DNA of 64,000 nt, taken from Mizuhopecten yessoensis. Its lineage: Eukaryota. Position 1 is the stretch's first letter, and each line of letters begins with the position of its first letter. Where the stretch lies: positions 318,301 to 382,300 of the forward strand of contig NW_018480054.1 of assembly GCF_002113885.1 (NCBI RefSeq), written 5' to 3'. A program made the position numbers and the translations under genes. This document shows positions 12,315-26,400 of the stretch, piece by piece. The notes beneath the pieces are model-generated. The model ran no database searches. It was not told the DNA's origin and was given only the letters and a program-made list of their open reading frames with translations.

Positions 12315-15077
12315 CGTGTCTTACACAGGTGTGTTACATATGTATGTACACATTATACAGGTATGTTACACGGGTCTGTACACATGTCTTATACATGTGT
12401 GTTACACGGGTATGTACACATGTCTTATACATGTGTGTTACACGGGTATGTACACATTATACATGTGTGTTACACGGGTCTGTACACATGTCTTATACAT
12501 GTGTGTTACACGGGTATGTATACATATCTTTTACAGGTGTGTTACACGGGTATGTACACATGTCTTATACATGTGTGTTACACGGGTCTGTACACATTAT
12601 ACATGTGTGTTACACGGGTCTGTACACATGTCTTATACATGTGTGTTACACGGGTATGTATACATATCTTTTACAGGTGTGTTACACGGGTATGTACACA
12701 TGTCTTATACATGTGTGTTACACGGGTCTGTACACATTATACATGTGTGTTACACGGGTCTGTACACATGTCTTATACATGTGTGTTACACGGGTATGTA
12801 TACATATCTTTTACAGGTGTGTTACACGGGTATGTACACATGTCTTATACATGTGTGTTACACGGGTCTGTACACATTATACATGTGTGTTACACGGGTC
12901 TGTACACATGTCTTATACATGTGTGTTACACGGGTATGTATACATATCTTTTACAGGTGTGTTACACGGGTATGTACACATGTCTTATACATGTGTGTTA
13001 CACGGGTCTGTACACATTATACATGTGTGTTACACGGGTCTGTACACATGTCTTATACATGTGTGTTACACGGGTATGTATACATATCTTTTACAGGTGT
13101 GTTACACGGGTATGTACACATGTCTTATACATGTGTGTTACACGGGTCTGTACACATTATACATGTGTGTTACACGGGTCTGTACACATGTCTTATACAT
13201 GTGTGTTACACGGGTATGTATACATATCTTTTACAGGTGTGTTACACGGGTATGTACACATGTCTTATACATGTGTGTTACACGGGTCTGTACACATTAT
13301 ACATGTGTGTTACACGGGTCTGTACACATGTCTTATACATGTGTGTTACACGGGTATGTATACATATCTTTTACAGGTGTGTTACACGGGTATGTACACA
13401 TGTCTTATACATGTGTGTTACACGGGTCTGTACACATTATACATGTGTGTTACACGGGTCTGTACACATGTCTTATACATGTGTGTTACACGGGTATGTA
13501 TACATATCTTTTACAGGTGTGTTACACGGGTATGTACACATGTCTTATACATGTGTGTTACACGGGTCTGTACACATTATACATGTGTGTTACACGGGTC
13601 TGTACACATGTCTTATACATGTGTGTTACACGGGTATGTATACATATCTTTTACAGGTGTGTTACACGGGTATGTACACATGTCTTATACATGTGTGTTA
13701 CACGGGTCTGTACACATTATACATGTGTGTTACACGGGTCTGTACACATGTCTTATACATGTGTGTTACACGGGTATGTATACATATCTTTTACAGGTGT
13801 GTTACACGGGTATGTACACATGTCTTATACATGTGTGTTACACGGGTCTGTACACATTATACATGTGTGTTACACGGGTCTGTACACATGTCTTATACAT
13901 GTGTGTTACACGGGTATGTATACATATCTTTTACAGGTGTGTTACACGGGTATGTACACATGTCTTATACATGTGTGTTACACGGGTCTGTACACATTAT
14001 ACATGTGTGTTACACGGGTCTGTACACATGTCTTATACATGTGTGTTACACGGGTATGTATACATATCTTTTACAGGTGTGTTACACGGGTATGTACACA
14101 TGTCTTATACATGTGTGTTACACGGGTCTGTACACATTATACATGTGTGTTACACGGGTCTGTACACATGTCTTATACATGTGTGTTACACGGGTATGTA
14201 TACATATCTTTTACAGGTGTGTTACACGGGTATGTACACATGTCTTATACATGTGTGTTACACGGGTCTGTACACATTATACATGTGTGTTACACGGGTC
14301 TGTACACATGTCTTATACATGTGTGTTACACGGGTATGTATACATATCTTTTACAGGTGTGTTACACGGGTATGTACACATGTCTTATACATGTGTGTTA
14401 CACGGGTCTGTACACATTATACATGTGTGTTACACGGGTCTGTACACATGTCTTATACATGTGTGTTACACGGGTATGTATACATATCTTTTACAGGTGT
14501 GTTACACGGGTATGTACACATGTCTTATACATGTGTGTTACACGGGTCTGTACACATTATACATGTGTGTTACACGGGTCTGTACACATGTCTTATACAT
14601 GTGTGTTACACGGGTATGTATACATATCTTTTACAGGTGTGTTACACGGGTATGTACACATGTCTTATACATGTGTGTTACACAGGTCTGTACACATTAT
14701 ACATGTGTGTTACACGGGTCTGTACACACGTCTTATACATGTGTGTTACACGGGTATGTATACATATCTTTTACAGGTGTGTTACACGGGTATGTACACA
14801 TGTCTTATACATATGTGTTACACGGGTCTGTACACATTATACAGGTGTGTTACACGGGTATGTATACATATCTTTTACAGGTGTGTTACACGGGTATGTA
14901 CACATGTCTGATACAAGTGTGTTACACGGATATGTACACATGTCTTATACAAGTGTGTTACACGGGTCTGTACACATTATACATGTGTGTTACACGGGTA
15001 TGTATACATGTCTTATACATGTGTGTTACACGGGTATGTACACATGTCTTATTCAGGTGTGTTACGGGTCTGTACAT
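12315..15077. repeat. Satellite with a 140-bp higher-order repeat (36+36+36+32 bp monomers)
   Basis: Printed lines repeat exactly every 420 bp; monomer core ACATGTGTGTTACACGGG; about 16 identical higher-order units with ragged ends. Confidence 0.97.
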
Positions 15078-15309
15078 TTCCCATCCAGATGTGTAAACAG
15101 GTCTTATATGGATCTGTATTGTCTTTAAAAACGTTTCAGGGAGAAACCAAGAAAAGACAGATATCTTACCAGTCCACAGCTATATTGTAAGAGGCCATAA
15201 ATGAGGGGCCCTTCAGAATCTCTTTTCTTTTCTTTTTCTTTCCTGTCTAACCTCTTCCCGGCAATATTTCCCTAGGAATTAACAGATCTCCGGGATTTCC
15301 ACGAATTTC

Positions 15310-17220
15310 TGGAGCTATGGTGGACATTACTCTGAGAACAGGGACGGATGGGACTTCTAAGTACTACTGGACCAAGGAAGAGCGGGACTTCCAGATATTT
15401 CTAGAATTATGAGGGACGGGAATTTCAGGCACTACTGGTACAAGGACAAGTTGGACTTCCAGATATTTCCAGAACTTTGACGAGTTGGACTTCCAGGGAC
15501 TACTGGATAAAGGATGAACGGGACTTCCAGTTACCATTGGATCAAGGACGAGCGGGACTTCCAGTTACCATTGGATCAAGGACGAACGGGACTTCCAGTT
15601 CCCATTGGATCAAGGACGAGCGGGACTTCGTGAAAACTAGGACGGTTGGGACTTTCACCCGATTCTGGAGCTATGATGGACAGGACTTCCATAACGTTCG
15701 GAACTTTTACAGAATGGATTTCCATGTATTTATGGAAATATAACGGTCGAATCTTACATGCACTACCGCAACTAGGATGGGCGGGACATCCAGATGCTTT
15801 CAGAACTATGATGGAATGGACTTCCAGGTAATGTGGAGTCATGACGGGTGGGACTTTCAGATAATACCGGAACTAAGAGGAGGGAAATCCAGGTACTTTT
15901 TGTGATATGACGGTCGGGACTTTCAGGTACTTCTGGCGCTGTGACGGGCGGGACTTCAAGGTACTTTTGGCCCTATGATGGGAGGGACTTCCGGGTATTT
16001 TTGTAGCTAGCTATGACGGGCGGGACTTCTATGTACTTTTTGTGATATGACGGGAGGGACCTCCGGGTATTTCGGTACATAAGCTATGACGGGCAGGACC
16101 CGCGTAATTCTGTAGCTATGACGGGAGGGAGTTCCGGGGTATTTCTGTAGCTATACCAGGCAGGACCCGGGTAATTCTGTAGCTATGGCGGCCGGGACGC
16201 GGGTAACTCTGTAGCTATGACGGGCGGGAACCCGTGTAATTCTGTAGCTATGACGGGCGGGACCCGGGTAATTCTGTAGCTATGACGGGCGGGACCCGGG
16301 TAATTCTGTAGCTATGACGGGCGGGACCCGAGTAACTATGTAGCTGTGACGGGCGGGCCCTCGGTAATTCTGTAACTATGACGGGCGGGACTTCAGGGTA
16401 ATTCTGTAGCTATGACGGGAGATACCTCCGGGTAATTCTGTAGCTAAGGTGGGCAGGACCCGAGTAACTCTGTAGCTGTGACGGAAGGGACCCGAGTAAC
16501 ACTGTAGCTTTGACGGAAGGGACCCGAGTAACTCTGTAGCTATGACGGGAGGGACCTGAGTAACTCTGTAGCTATGACGAGCGGGGCCCGGGTAACTGTA
16601 GCTATGACGGGCGGGAAACGGGTAATTCTGTAGCTGTGACGGGCGGGAAACGGGTAATTCTGTAGCTACGACAGTCGGGACCCGATTAACTCTGTAGCTG
16701 TGACGGGAGGGACCTGAGTAACTCTGTAGCTGTGACGGGAGGGACCCGGGTAACTATGTAGCTATGACGGAAGGGACCCGATTAACTCTGTAGCTATGAC
16801 GGGAGGGACCCGAGTAACTCTGTAGCTATGACGGAAGGGACCCGATTAACTCTGTAGCTATGACGGGAGGGACCCGAGTAACTCTGTAGCTATGACGGAA
16901 GGGACCCGATTAACTCTGTAGCTATGACGGGAGGGACCCGGGTAACTCTGTAGCTATGACGGGAGGGACCCGTGTAACTCTGTAGCTATGACGGGCCGGG
17001 CCCGGGTAACTCTGTAGCTATGACGGGCGGGACCCGGGTAATTATGTAGCTATGACGGGCGGGACCCGGGAAACTCTGTAGCTATGATGGGCGGGACCCG
17101 GGTAACTCTGTAGCTATGACGGGCGGGACCCGGGTAACTCTGTAGCTATGATGGGCGGGACCCGTGTAACTCTGTAGCTATGACGGGCGGGACCCGGGTA
17201 ACTCTGTAGCTATGACGGGC
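15310..17220. repeat. GC-rich minisatellite, ~35-bp degenerate units grading into 32-bp homogeneous units
   Basis: Right-end unit GGGTAACTCTGTAGCTATGACGGGCGGGACCC; left-end units contain GACGGG..GGGACTTCCAG. Confidence 0.9.
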
Positions 17221-17902
17221 CGTACTAATAATATTTGCCAAAGTTTGAACGTAACCAAATATATCTTGCTTGAAATGGACCCACAGTAATTTCAATAAAG
17301 TCATTTCGAGAGTGAAATGTTATCAAGTATACCTTCTTTGAGTGCACATAGTTATTTTATGATATTTGATTTTTTTTGATAGGCTCATCCTAAACAGCAA
17401 AGGTCGAGTTATAAATCAAACAAACTAAACCAAACTTTAACAGTCCCCGGGGGAAAGTTTCTAGTACACATAGAAAAGGACGCTGGATACTAATGTGCAG
17501 TTTCTTTTTATGAATATTATTGCAGGCTTGTAAATGAATTGCGTCATAAAACAATACGTGAAAAAAAGTCAATATCGAAGGGAAATACAGATAGCATGTT
17601 TAGCTCCTTACATTTTTCTGTGGCGACACGTAAAGCTCTGTGAAAAGGTCAAACGGGCGTCGATATCCACAGCTGGTGTTTACTCTGACACTGAAGTGGG
17701 CCGAACCTCTGGAGCACCCACTACCATTTGTATACATATATCTGACGCTATCGACGGTGCAGTTAGTAAGTCCTCCAAATAATTTCATTTTCGCGAGGAG
17801 ATTTTTGGCAGATTTTGGCTCATCCAGAACAGGGACCTGAAATTTGATACAACTACGTTATGTTTGAACCTAAACTGATGTGTCAAGAGTAATATTAGTC
17901 GA

Positions 17903-17992
17903 TTTAGGGATTTAGATCAGTTTTCGGTAAAATGCTCCTTTCTACCATCACTGGTGTGGCATTTTCCCCGAAAGTTGATCTAAACACCTAAA
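17903..17992. repeat. Imperfect ~33-bp inverted repeat
   Basis: TTTAGGGATTTAGATCAGTTTTCGGTAAAATGC ... GCATTTTCCCCGAAAGTTGATCTAAACACCTAAA. Confidence 0.65.
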
Positions 17993-18136
17993 ATATCATA
18001 AATTATCATGTACACATCAATTTATGTCCAAATATATCTAAACTGTAACACTTTCGCAGGTCCCTGTGCCATCAAGTGACACTTCACCAGGTTTTGAACT
18101 CGATCGTCTATGGTATTGTTTGGATTGGGGCATTTA

Positions 18137-18275
18137 TGGATGACATCGGGATGATAACAGGAAGTCATTGGCCAACATGCTGGATGACATCGGGATGATA
18201 ACAGGAAGTCATTGGCCAACATGCTGGATGACATCGGGATGATAACAGGAAGTCATTGGCCAACATGCTGGATGA
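18137..18275. repeat. 44-bp tandem repeat, 3 copies
   Basis: TGGATGACATCGGGATGATAACAGGAAGTCATTGGCCAACATGC. Confidence 0.95.
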
Positions 18276-18440
18276 TGAACGTTCTTGAGGAAACAATTAT
18301 CAAGGAAGTCACGGTGCCGTGGAAGTCATGGTGCCTCGTAATAAAATAAGATAAAATAACCGGAAATGTCCATCTATATGTCTCCCTGGTACACAATACT
18401 TGACGCTTCCTATACCAATTAGACTAGGGAGGATTTCTCT

Positions 18441-18505
18441 TAAGCTCATTTAGAGCATACAAAACTAGTAAACCGGAAGTCCCGGTTCGACTCTTAGCGG
18501 AAGCA
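18441..18505 (+). mobile_element. Degenerate tRNA-derived SINE head
   Basis: A-box-like TAAGCTCATTTAGAGC, anticodon-loop-like ACTAGTAA, B-box GGTTCGACTC; no complete cloverleaf. Confidence 0.5.
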
Positions 18506-18545
18506 TTGAAAAAATAATGACCTCTGTTGTACATCTTGCTCGACA

Positions 18546-19938
18546 CCAACAGTGTCCAGCGACAGGGCTGTATGCCAACAGTGTCCAGCGACTGGGTTGT
18601 ATACCAACAGTGTCCAGCGACTGGGCTGTATGTCAACAGTTTCCAGCGACAGGGCTGTATGCCAACAGTGTCCAGCGACTAGGCTATATGCCAACAGTGT
18701 CCAGCGACAGGGCTGTATGCCAACAGTGGCCAGCGACTGGGCTGTATGCCAACAGTGTCCAGAGACTGGGCTGTATGCCAACAGTGTCCAGCGACTGGGT
18801 TGTATACCAACAGTGTCCAGCGACTGGGCTGTATGCCAACAGTGCCCAGCGCCTGGGCTGTATGCCAACAGTGTCCAGCGACTAGGCTGTATGTCAACAG
18901 TGTCCAGCGACAGGGCTGTATACCAACAGTGTCCAGCGACTAGGCTGTATGCCAACAGTGTCCAGAGACAGGGCTGTATGCCAACAGTGTCCAGCGACTA
19001 GGCTGTATGCCAACGGTGTCCAGCGACAGGGCTGTATGCCAACAGTGTCAAGCGACTGGGCTGTATGTCAACAGTGTCCAGCGACAGGGCTGTATACCAA
19101 CAGTGTCCAGCGACTAGGCTGTATGCCAACAGTGTCCAGCGACAGGGCTGTATGCCAACAGTGTCCAGCGACTGTGCTGTATGTCAACAGTGTCCAGCGA
19201 CAGGGCTGTATGCCAACAGTGTCCAGCGACTAGGCTATATGCCAACAGTGTCCAGCGACAGGGCTGTATGCCAACAGTGGCCAGCGACGGGGCTGTATGT
19301 CAACAGTGTCCAGCGACAGGGCTGTATACCAACAGTGTCCAGCGACTAGGCTGTATGCCAACAGTGTCCAGAGACAGGGCTGTATGCCAACAGTGTCCAG
19401 CGACTGTGCTGTATGTCAACAGTGTCCAGCGACAGGGCTGTATACCAACAGTGTCCAGCGACTAGGCTGTATGCCAACGGTGTCCAGCGACAGGGCTGTA
19501 TGCCAACAGTGTCCAGCGACTAGGCTGTATGTCAACAGTGTCCAGCGACAGGGCTGTATGCCAACAGTGTCCAGCGACTAGGCTGTATGTCAACAGTGTC
19601 CAGCGACAGGGCTGTATACCAACAGTGTCCAGCGACTAGGCTGTATGCCAACCGTGTCCAGCGACTGGGCTGTATGCCAACAGTGTACAGCGACTAGGCT
19701 GTATGCCAACAGTGTCCAGCGACTGGGCTGTATGGCAACAGTGTCCAGCGACAGGGCTGTATGCCAACAGTGGCCAGCGACGGGGCTGTATGTCAACAGT
19801 GTCCAGCGACAGGGCTGTATACCAACAGTGTCCAGCGACTAGGCTGTATGCCAACCGTGTCCAGCGACTGGGCTGTATGCCAACAGTGTCAAGCGACTGG
19901 GCTGTATGTCAACAGTGTCCAGCGACTGGGCTGTATGC
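18546..19938. repeat. 29-bp minisatellite, about 48 copies
   Basis: Unit CCAACAGTGTCCAGCGACTGGGCTGTATG with A/T variants. Confidence 0.96.
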
Positions 19939-20479
19939 TTCCAGTACAAAACAAAGGTCTCCACTCCACCGCGGTACTGTCCAAACATCATCACCCAGCT
20001 AGATCTTACAGTTCTTCAGAATCAGAGAGCCGAGACCATTTAGGATTGACTCATTACAACAGGGACATTACTTATCATGCACAAATGATAGAAGATCAAA
20101 CGAAAGCTGAACCAATGAATGGCATTTATGGATGACATATGACCTCAGGATTAAACACGCTTAACCGATGAAAAAATCATGTATGCACTTTTCTCCTAGC
20201 GCTTCCCATTACAACAACAAAAACGTACTTGGCCCTCCTCACAATTTTGATAATTCATCTAAATTCTTTTAATTGATGCAGTTTTTTTAATAGAATGATT
20301 TCCTGGTTTGAGCACTAAGGTTTTTCAAATTACTTTTTGACACCAACCCAAGTCCCGGAGGAGCAGAAATCCGATTTAACAGTTTCATACTCCCTACTAA
20401 ATGATGTTCCAAGCTAATTTCGAGTGTCATAAAATCCGCAAAAAGAGGTTAAATATTCCAATAAATTTACGCACGATGG

Positions 20480-20545
20480 AAAACGCATATCGCCTGACGA
20501 AAAGTGATCACAATAGGTCATTTGAGCTTGCGGGTTAGGTGACCA
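20480..20545. mobile_element. Terminal fragment of a HINE/Helentron-type element
   Basis: AAAAGTGATCACAATAGGTCATTTGAGC...AGGTGACC resembles the end of mollusc HINE elements. Confidence 0.4.
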
Positions 20546-21057
20546 GAACAGGACCAATGTTCCGGTGTGTACTTCACGGGTTGATACACTGTACCACCTA
20601 CTCCGGTACCATTTGTCCAAATTAATTTGATAAACGAAGTATAAGTTTCACTGAACCACACACATTCCCAGGCGATGTGCGAGGCAGATCCAGACAAAAA
20701 ACAGAGGTATATTAGTCTTCTGTCTGTCTGTATTCACATCACATAATACATGTATAGTGAAGTCTGATGGAACACATTATATAAGTTACAATTTACTTTA
20801 AAAATGGTTGTTCATTATGATTGAAACTATTCATAATGAATAAGAAAAATGTCGCCTAAAGCAAATTATGTAAAACAGGGTCAAAGAAATACGTCAAAAC
20901 CCGAGGCGAGGATCGTGGGAAATCTCACTACAGCCCAACACGTACAGGTATAGGCCAGGCGTTCATGCTAAATTGGCAAAAATTATCAATTCAAATAAGT
21001 ATTTAAGGCGAACATATGGTGAAGCATCTGTATAAATATATCATTGCGTACCTTGTT

Positions 21058-21142
21058 GTTATGAGCCGAGAACAGACATGTCACACATACATGTGTGTAG
21101 TTATGAGCCGAGAACAGACACGTCACACATACATGTGTGTAG
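21058..21142. repeat. 42-bp tandem duplication
   Basis: GTTATGAGCCGAGAACAGACAYGTCACACATACATGTGTGTA x2. Confidence 0.9.
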
Positions 21143-22553
21143 TGTCGATCGCCATGTTCCATTTGTCAATTCCTCAAATTAATAATAATAGAAAAAAAAA
21201 CGTTCACTATATAGAGAACGTGTATCTATTGGCCGTGTACGTTTGTAAAGGTTGTCAACAGACAATATATCTTATTAACGCAAATTACTACTTTTTTTAG
21301 TTAATGTATCGTTTTGACCGTAGCATAATTTATCTTTTTTTTTTTTTGTATAAAATGTATCTTCTGAACGTAAATTATTTTATATGCAAACAATGCAAGT
21401 TTTTGAATATAAAGTAATTTAATAATTTACATTCTATAATAAATGTATCTATTTGAACACATATTACTTTATATGCTGTTTATAAACAATATATTTACAT
21501 TTGCATGGCATTGTCACTATATAGCCTCTTTGAAAACTGTGTCGTTGATGGGACTTTGATTACCATGCATCACGAGACACAATTCTTAGCGTATTAATAC
21601 AACACTGACCGGAACTACAATATCTAATATAAATAAACATGACGGCTGCTGAAATATCGCTGAGCATCGTGAGATTTGACAATGTCATTGTAAATTAATG
21701 TGCAAAATAAAAAATAAAATAAAAAAACACTTTTATTACAACGAAAGTAAGACCAAGGTCTGCAATATCGTACAAAATGCACATCGGTTCAAATCACCAA
21801 TGCCGGCAATGGAAACAATTTTAACGCTCATGCAATTTATCAGAAATATCGTCTGTTACACTGCACTGATCAACAGGGGTTCGTTACAAATGTCTTAAAT
21901 ACACATATTATATAGACCTACTGACACATATGTCACAGACCTACTGATATGAGTCACAGTTCAGACATTTGTAACGAACCTGTTCTCCTCGCAAGATCAC
22001 TCACTTCAAACGCTGTCACTTTCACGCGTCTCGCATCCACCATTCCTCAGTTTTTGACGACATGTCAAATAACGAGGATGTTACAGAATCTACCGACTGT
22101 TGTCAGGTTCCCATACAATCAACAAATACATTCACGCCTGGATTCTTCACAAAATGAGCAAAGAGAAAAGTTCGAATTAACTTCCAAAAATAACTCCCTC
22201 GTCGAGGGCAAGGTCGGATTTACGGTATTCACTATATTTGTCCATCCGCGAAATTTGTTCCGGAGGAAAATCGAAACAATTTCAAATCTAACTTTCAGCT
22301 CAGAGTTCTATTGCTAAAATTAAATCACACTATAGACATATCATACGCAATTGTATTGATACTGAATTGTGGAATAAAATTGAAGTGTTTGTTAAAATTT
22401 CAAAGTACAACTTTGTTCGCCAATCAGCACGCCACAATACGCTGTTCAAACTATTGAACGAAATTGTGTGGACTGTCGATAAGGCGGGCATTTTAATTTT
22501 AAATATAAATTATAAGTTAAAAAAGAACATAAGAGGCAGAGATAACGTAAATA

Positions 22554-22715
22554 TAAGTATTGAACTGTTTTTGTATGGGATTTATGATCTATTTGAATGA
22601 CACAGGTTTGGAAGCAAACAACTCATAATGGGCTAGCGCGCATTATGTTGTTTGCTTGCAAAGCTGTGTCATTCAAATAGATCATAAATACCATACAAAA
22701 ACAGTTCAATGCTTA
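22554..22715. mobile_element. Palindromic (foldback) MITE, ~160 bp
   Basis: TAAGTATTGAACTGTTTTTGTATGG... and ...CCATACAAAAACAGTTCAATGCTTA arms pair over about 75 bp. Confidence 0.8.
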
Positions 22716-23487
22716 AGTATCTTTACTTCATACGCTGTTTATAAACAATGTATCTTTTTGAACAAACAATGTATCTTTTTAAACATTTTGTTTATAAATG
22801 TAGGTAACCGGCTTTGATTTCTCGCGGCGTTGTTTTTGAGTTTGTGGGAAAGTTCAAAGGATTTGGTAAGTATTGAATTACGTATTGAACTACCTTGTGA
22901 ACGTGAATTACATGTCTTTTTCGTTTATGAACGAACAACTGACACTAGAGTTAGAGAACGTGAGTCGCCTTACCGATACATTCGTACGAGGAAGTTACAA
23001 GTCACAATTAGTTAAATTCAACATAATCAATTTTGTACTGAAAAATTCAATTTCCTATTTGACACTCGTGATACGTATCATTTCATTTCCATGAGAAAAT
23101 GTGACTAAAAAACGTTTGATTTGAGTATCACTGCAATTCCTTGTATATATGTTCAACATGGTCCAGAAACAATGAACATCGAGACCCATCAGATGTTAAC
23201 AATGAAACAGTTAACTTCTCTATACGTTATACATGTCTAATTCTAGTCTTGACATTGTAAGCACAGACCTTGTTTTACATAGACGGAAAGGAAGGGACGA
23301 GGCGTCATAGACGGAAGTTATGTGTTTACATATGTATATTCAATGATGTGTAACTATCTTAATACCATTGCACCTTTTTCCTTTCTCTTAAACCCTGTGT
23401 CCTCGCCATATGTTGCACACCATTTTTCACCATCCTTGGTAACATATTAGTTCTCGTACCGTGTTTGCTTAAAAATGAAATCAACTT

Positions 23488-26400
23488 ATTGAAGTCTTAT
23501 ACATTCAGTCTGACATTCGGCATCCTCGATACTCCAGGAGATATGCTAACGTTCACTCTCATCCTCCATACTACAGGGGTTATGCTAACGTTCGCTCTCA
23601 TCCTCCATACTCCAGGCGATATGCTAACGTTCACTCTCATCCTCCATACTACAGGGGTTATGCTAACGTTCGCTCTCATCCTCCATACTCCAGGCGATAT
23701 GCTAACGTTCACTCTCATCCTCCATACTCCACGTATTGAAGTCTTATACATTCAGTCTGACATTCGGCATCCTCGATACTCCAGGAGATATGCTAACGTT
23801 CACTCTCATCCTCCATACTCCGGGGGTTATGCTAACGTTCGCTCTCATCCTCGATACTCCAGGGGTTATGCTAACGTTCACTCTCATCCACGATACTCCA
23901 GGGGTTATGCTAACGTTCGCTCTCATACTCGATACTCCAGGGGTTATGCTAACGTTCACTCTCATCCACGATACTCCAGGGGTTATGCTAACGTTCGCTC
24001 TCATACTCGATACTCCAGGGGTTATGCTAACGTTCACTCTCATCCTCCAGACTCCAGGGGATATGCTAACGTTCACTCTCATCCTCCATGCTCCAGGGGA
24101 TATGCTAACGTTCACTCTCATCCTGGATACTCCAGGGGATATGCTAACGTTACTCTCATCCTCCATACTCCAGGGGATATGCTAACGTTCGCTCTCATCC
24201 TCCATACTCCAGGGGTTATGCTAACGTTCACTCTCATCCTGGATACTCCAGGGGATATGCTAACGTTCGCTCTCATCCTCCATACTCCAGGGGATATGCT
24301 AACGTTCACTATCATCCTCCATACTCCAGGGGATATGCTAACGTTCGCTCTCATCCTCCATACTCCAGGGGATATGCTAACGTTCACTCTCCTCCTCCAT
24401 ACTCCACGGGTTATGCTAACGTTCACTATCATCCTGGATACTCCAGGGGATATGCTAACGTTCGCTCTCATCCTCCATACTCCAGGCGATATGCTAACGT
24501 TCACTCTCATCCTCCATACTACAGGGGTTATGCTAACGTTCGCTCTCATCCTCCATACTCCAGGCGATATGCTAACGTTCACTCTCATCCTCCATACTAC
24601 AGGGGTTATGCTAACGTTCGCTCTCATCCTCCATACTCCAGGGGTTATGCTAACGATCGCTCTCATCCTCCATACTCCAGGGGATATGCTAACGTTCGCT
24701 CTCATCCTCCATACTCCAGGGGTTATGCTAACGTTCACTCTCATCCACGATACTCCAGGGGTTATGCTAACGTTCGCTCTCATCAGGGGTTATGCTAACG
24801 TTCACTCTCATCCTGGATACTCCAGAGGATCTGCTAACGTTCACTCTCATCCTCCATACTCCACGTATTGAAGTCTTATACATTCAGTCTGACATTCGGC
24901 ATCCTCGATACTCCAGGAGATATCCTAACGTTCACTCTCATCCTCCATACTCCAGGGGTTATGCTAACGTTCGCTATCATCCTGGATACTCCAGGGGTTA
25001 TGCTAACGTTCACTCTCATCCTGGATACTCCAGAGGATATGCTAACGTTCACTCTCATCCTCCATACTCCACGGGTTATGCTAACGTTCACTATCATCCT
25101 GGATACTCCAGGGGATATGCTAACGTTCACTCTCATCCTCCATACTCCAGGGGTTATGCTAACGTTCACTCTCATCCTCCATACTCCAGGGGTTATGCTA
25201 ACGTTCACTCTCATCCTCCATACTCCAGGGGTTATGCTAACGTTCACTCTCATCCTCCATACTCCAGGGGTTATGCTAACGTTCACTCTCATCCTCCATA
25301 CTCCAGGGGTTATGCTAACGTTCACTCTCATCCTCCATACTCCAGGGGTTATGCTAACGTTCACTCTCATCCTCCATACTCCAGGGGTTATGCTAACGTT
25401 CACTCTCATCCTCCATACTCCAGGGGTTATGCTAACGTTCACTCTCATCCTCCATACTCCAGGGGTTATGCTAACGTTCACTCTCATCCTCCATACTCCA
25501 GGGGTTATGCTAACGTTCACTCTCATCCTCCATACTCCAGGGGTTATGCTAACGTTCACTCTCATCCTCCATACTCCAGGGGTTATGCTAACGTTCACTC
25601 TCATCCTCCATACTCCAGGGGTTATGCTAACGTTCACTCTCATCCTCCATACTCCAGGGGTTATGCTAACGTTCACTCTCATCCTCCATACTCCAGGGGT
25701 TATGCTAACGTTCACTCTCATCCTCCATACTCCAGGGGTTATGCTAACGTTCACTCTCATCCTCCATACTCCAGGGGTTATGCTAACGTTCACTCTCATC
25801 CTCCATACTCCAGGGGTTATGCTAACGTTCACTCTCATCCTCCATACTCCAGGGGTTATGCTAACGTTCACTCTCATCCTCCATACTCCAGGGGTTATGC
25901 TAACGTTCACTCTCATCCTCCATACTCCAGGGGTTATGCTAACGTTCACTCTCATCCTCCATACTCCAGGGGTTATGCTAACGTTCACTCTCATCCTCCA
26001 TACTCCAGGGGTTATGCTAACGTTCACTCTCATCCTCCATACTCCAGGGGTTATGCTAACGTTCACTCTCATCCTCCATACTCCAGGGGTTATGCTAACG
26101 TTCACTCTCATCCTCCATACTCCAGGGGTTATGCTAACGTTCACTCTCATCCTCCATACTCCAGGGGTTATGCTAACGTTCACTCTCATCCTCCATACTC
26201 CAGGGGTTATGCTAACGTTCACTCTCATCCTCCATACTCCAGGGGTTATGCTAACGTTCACTCTCATCCTCCATACTCCAGGGGTTATGCTAACGTTCAC
26301 TCTCATCCTCCATACTCCAGGGGTTATGCTAACGTTCACTCTCATCCTCCATACTCCAGGGGTTATGCTAACGTTCACTCTCATCCTCCATACTCCAGGG

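Noticed and set aside
12289-15128. Three overlapping 860-935 aa ORFs rich in C/Y/H/V/T
   Set aside because: Translations of a stop-free 140-bp satellite; open in all three frames with no unique coding flanks
18441-18505. Functional tRNA gene
   Set aside because: A box degenerate and no acceptor stem; treated as a SINE head
18494-20135. Many short Cys-containing ORFs
   Set aside because: Frames of the 29-bp minisatellite
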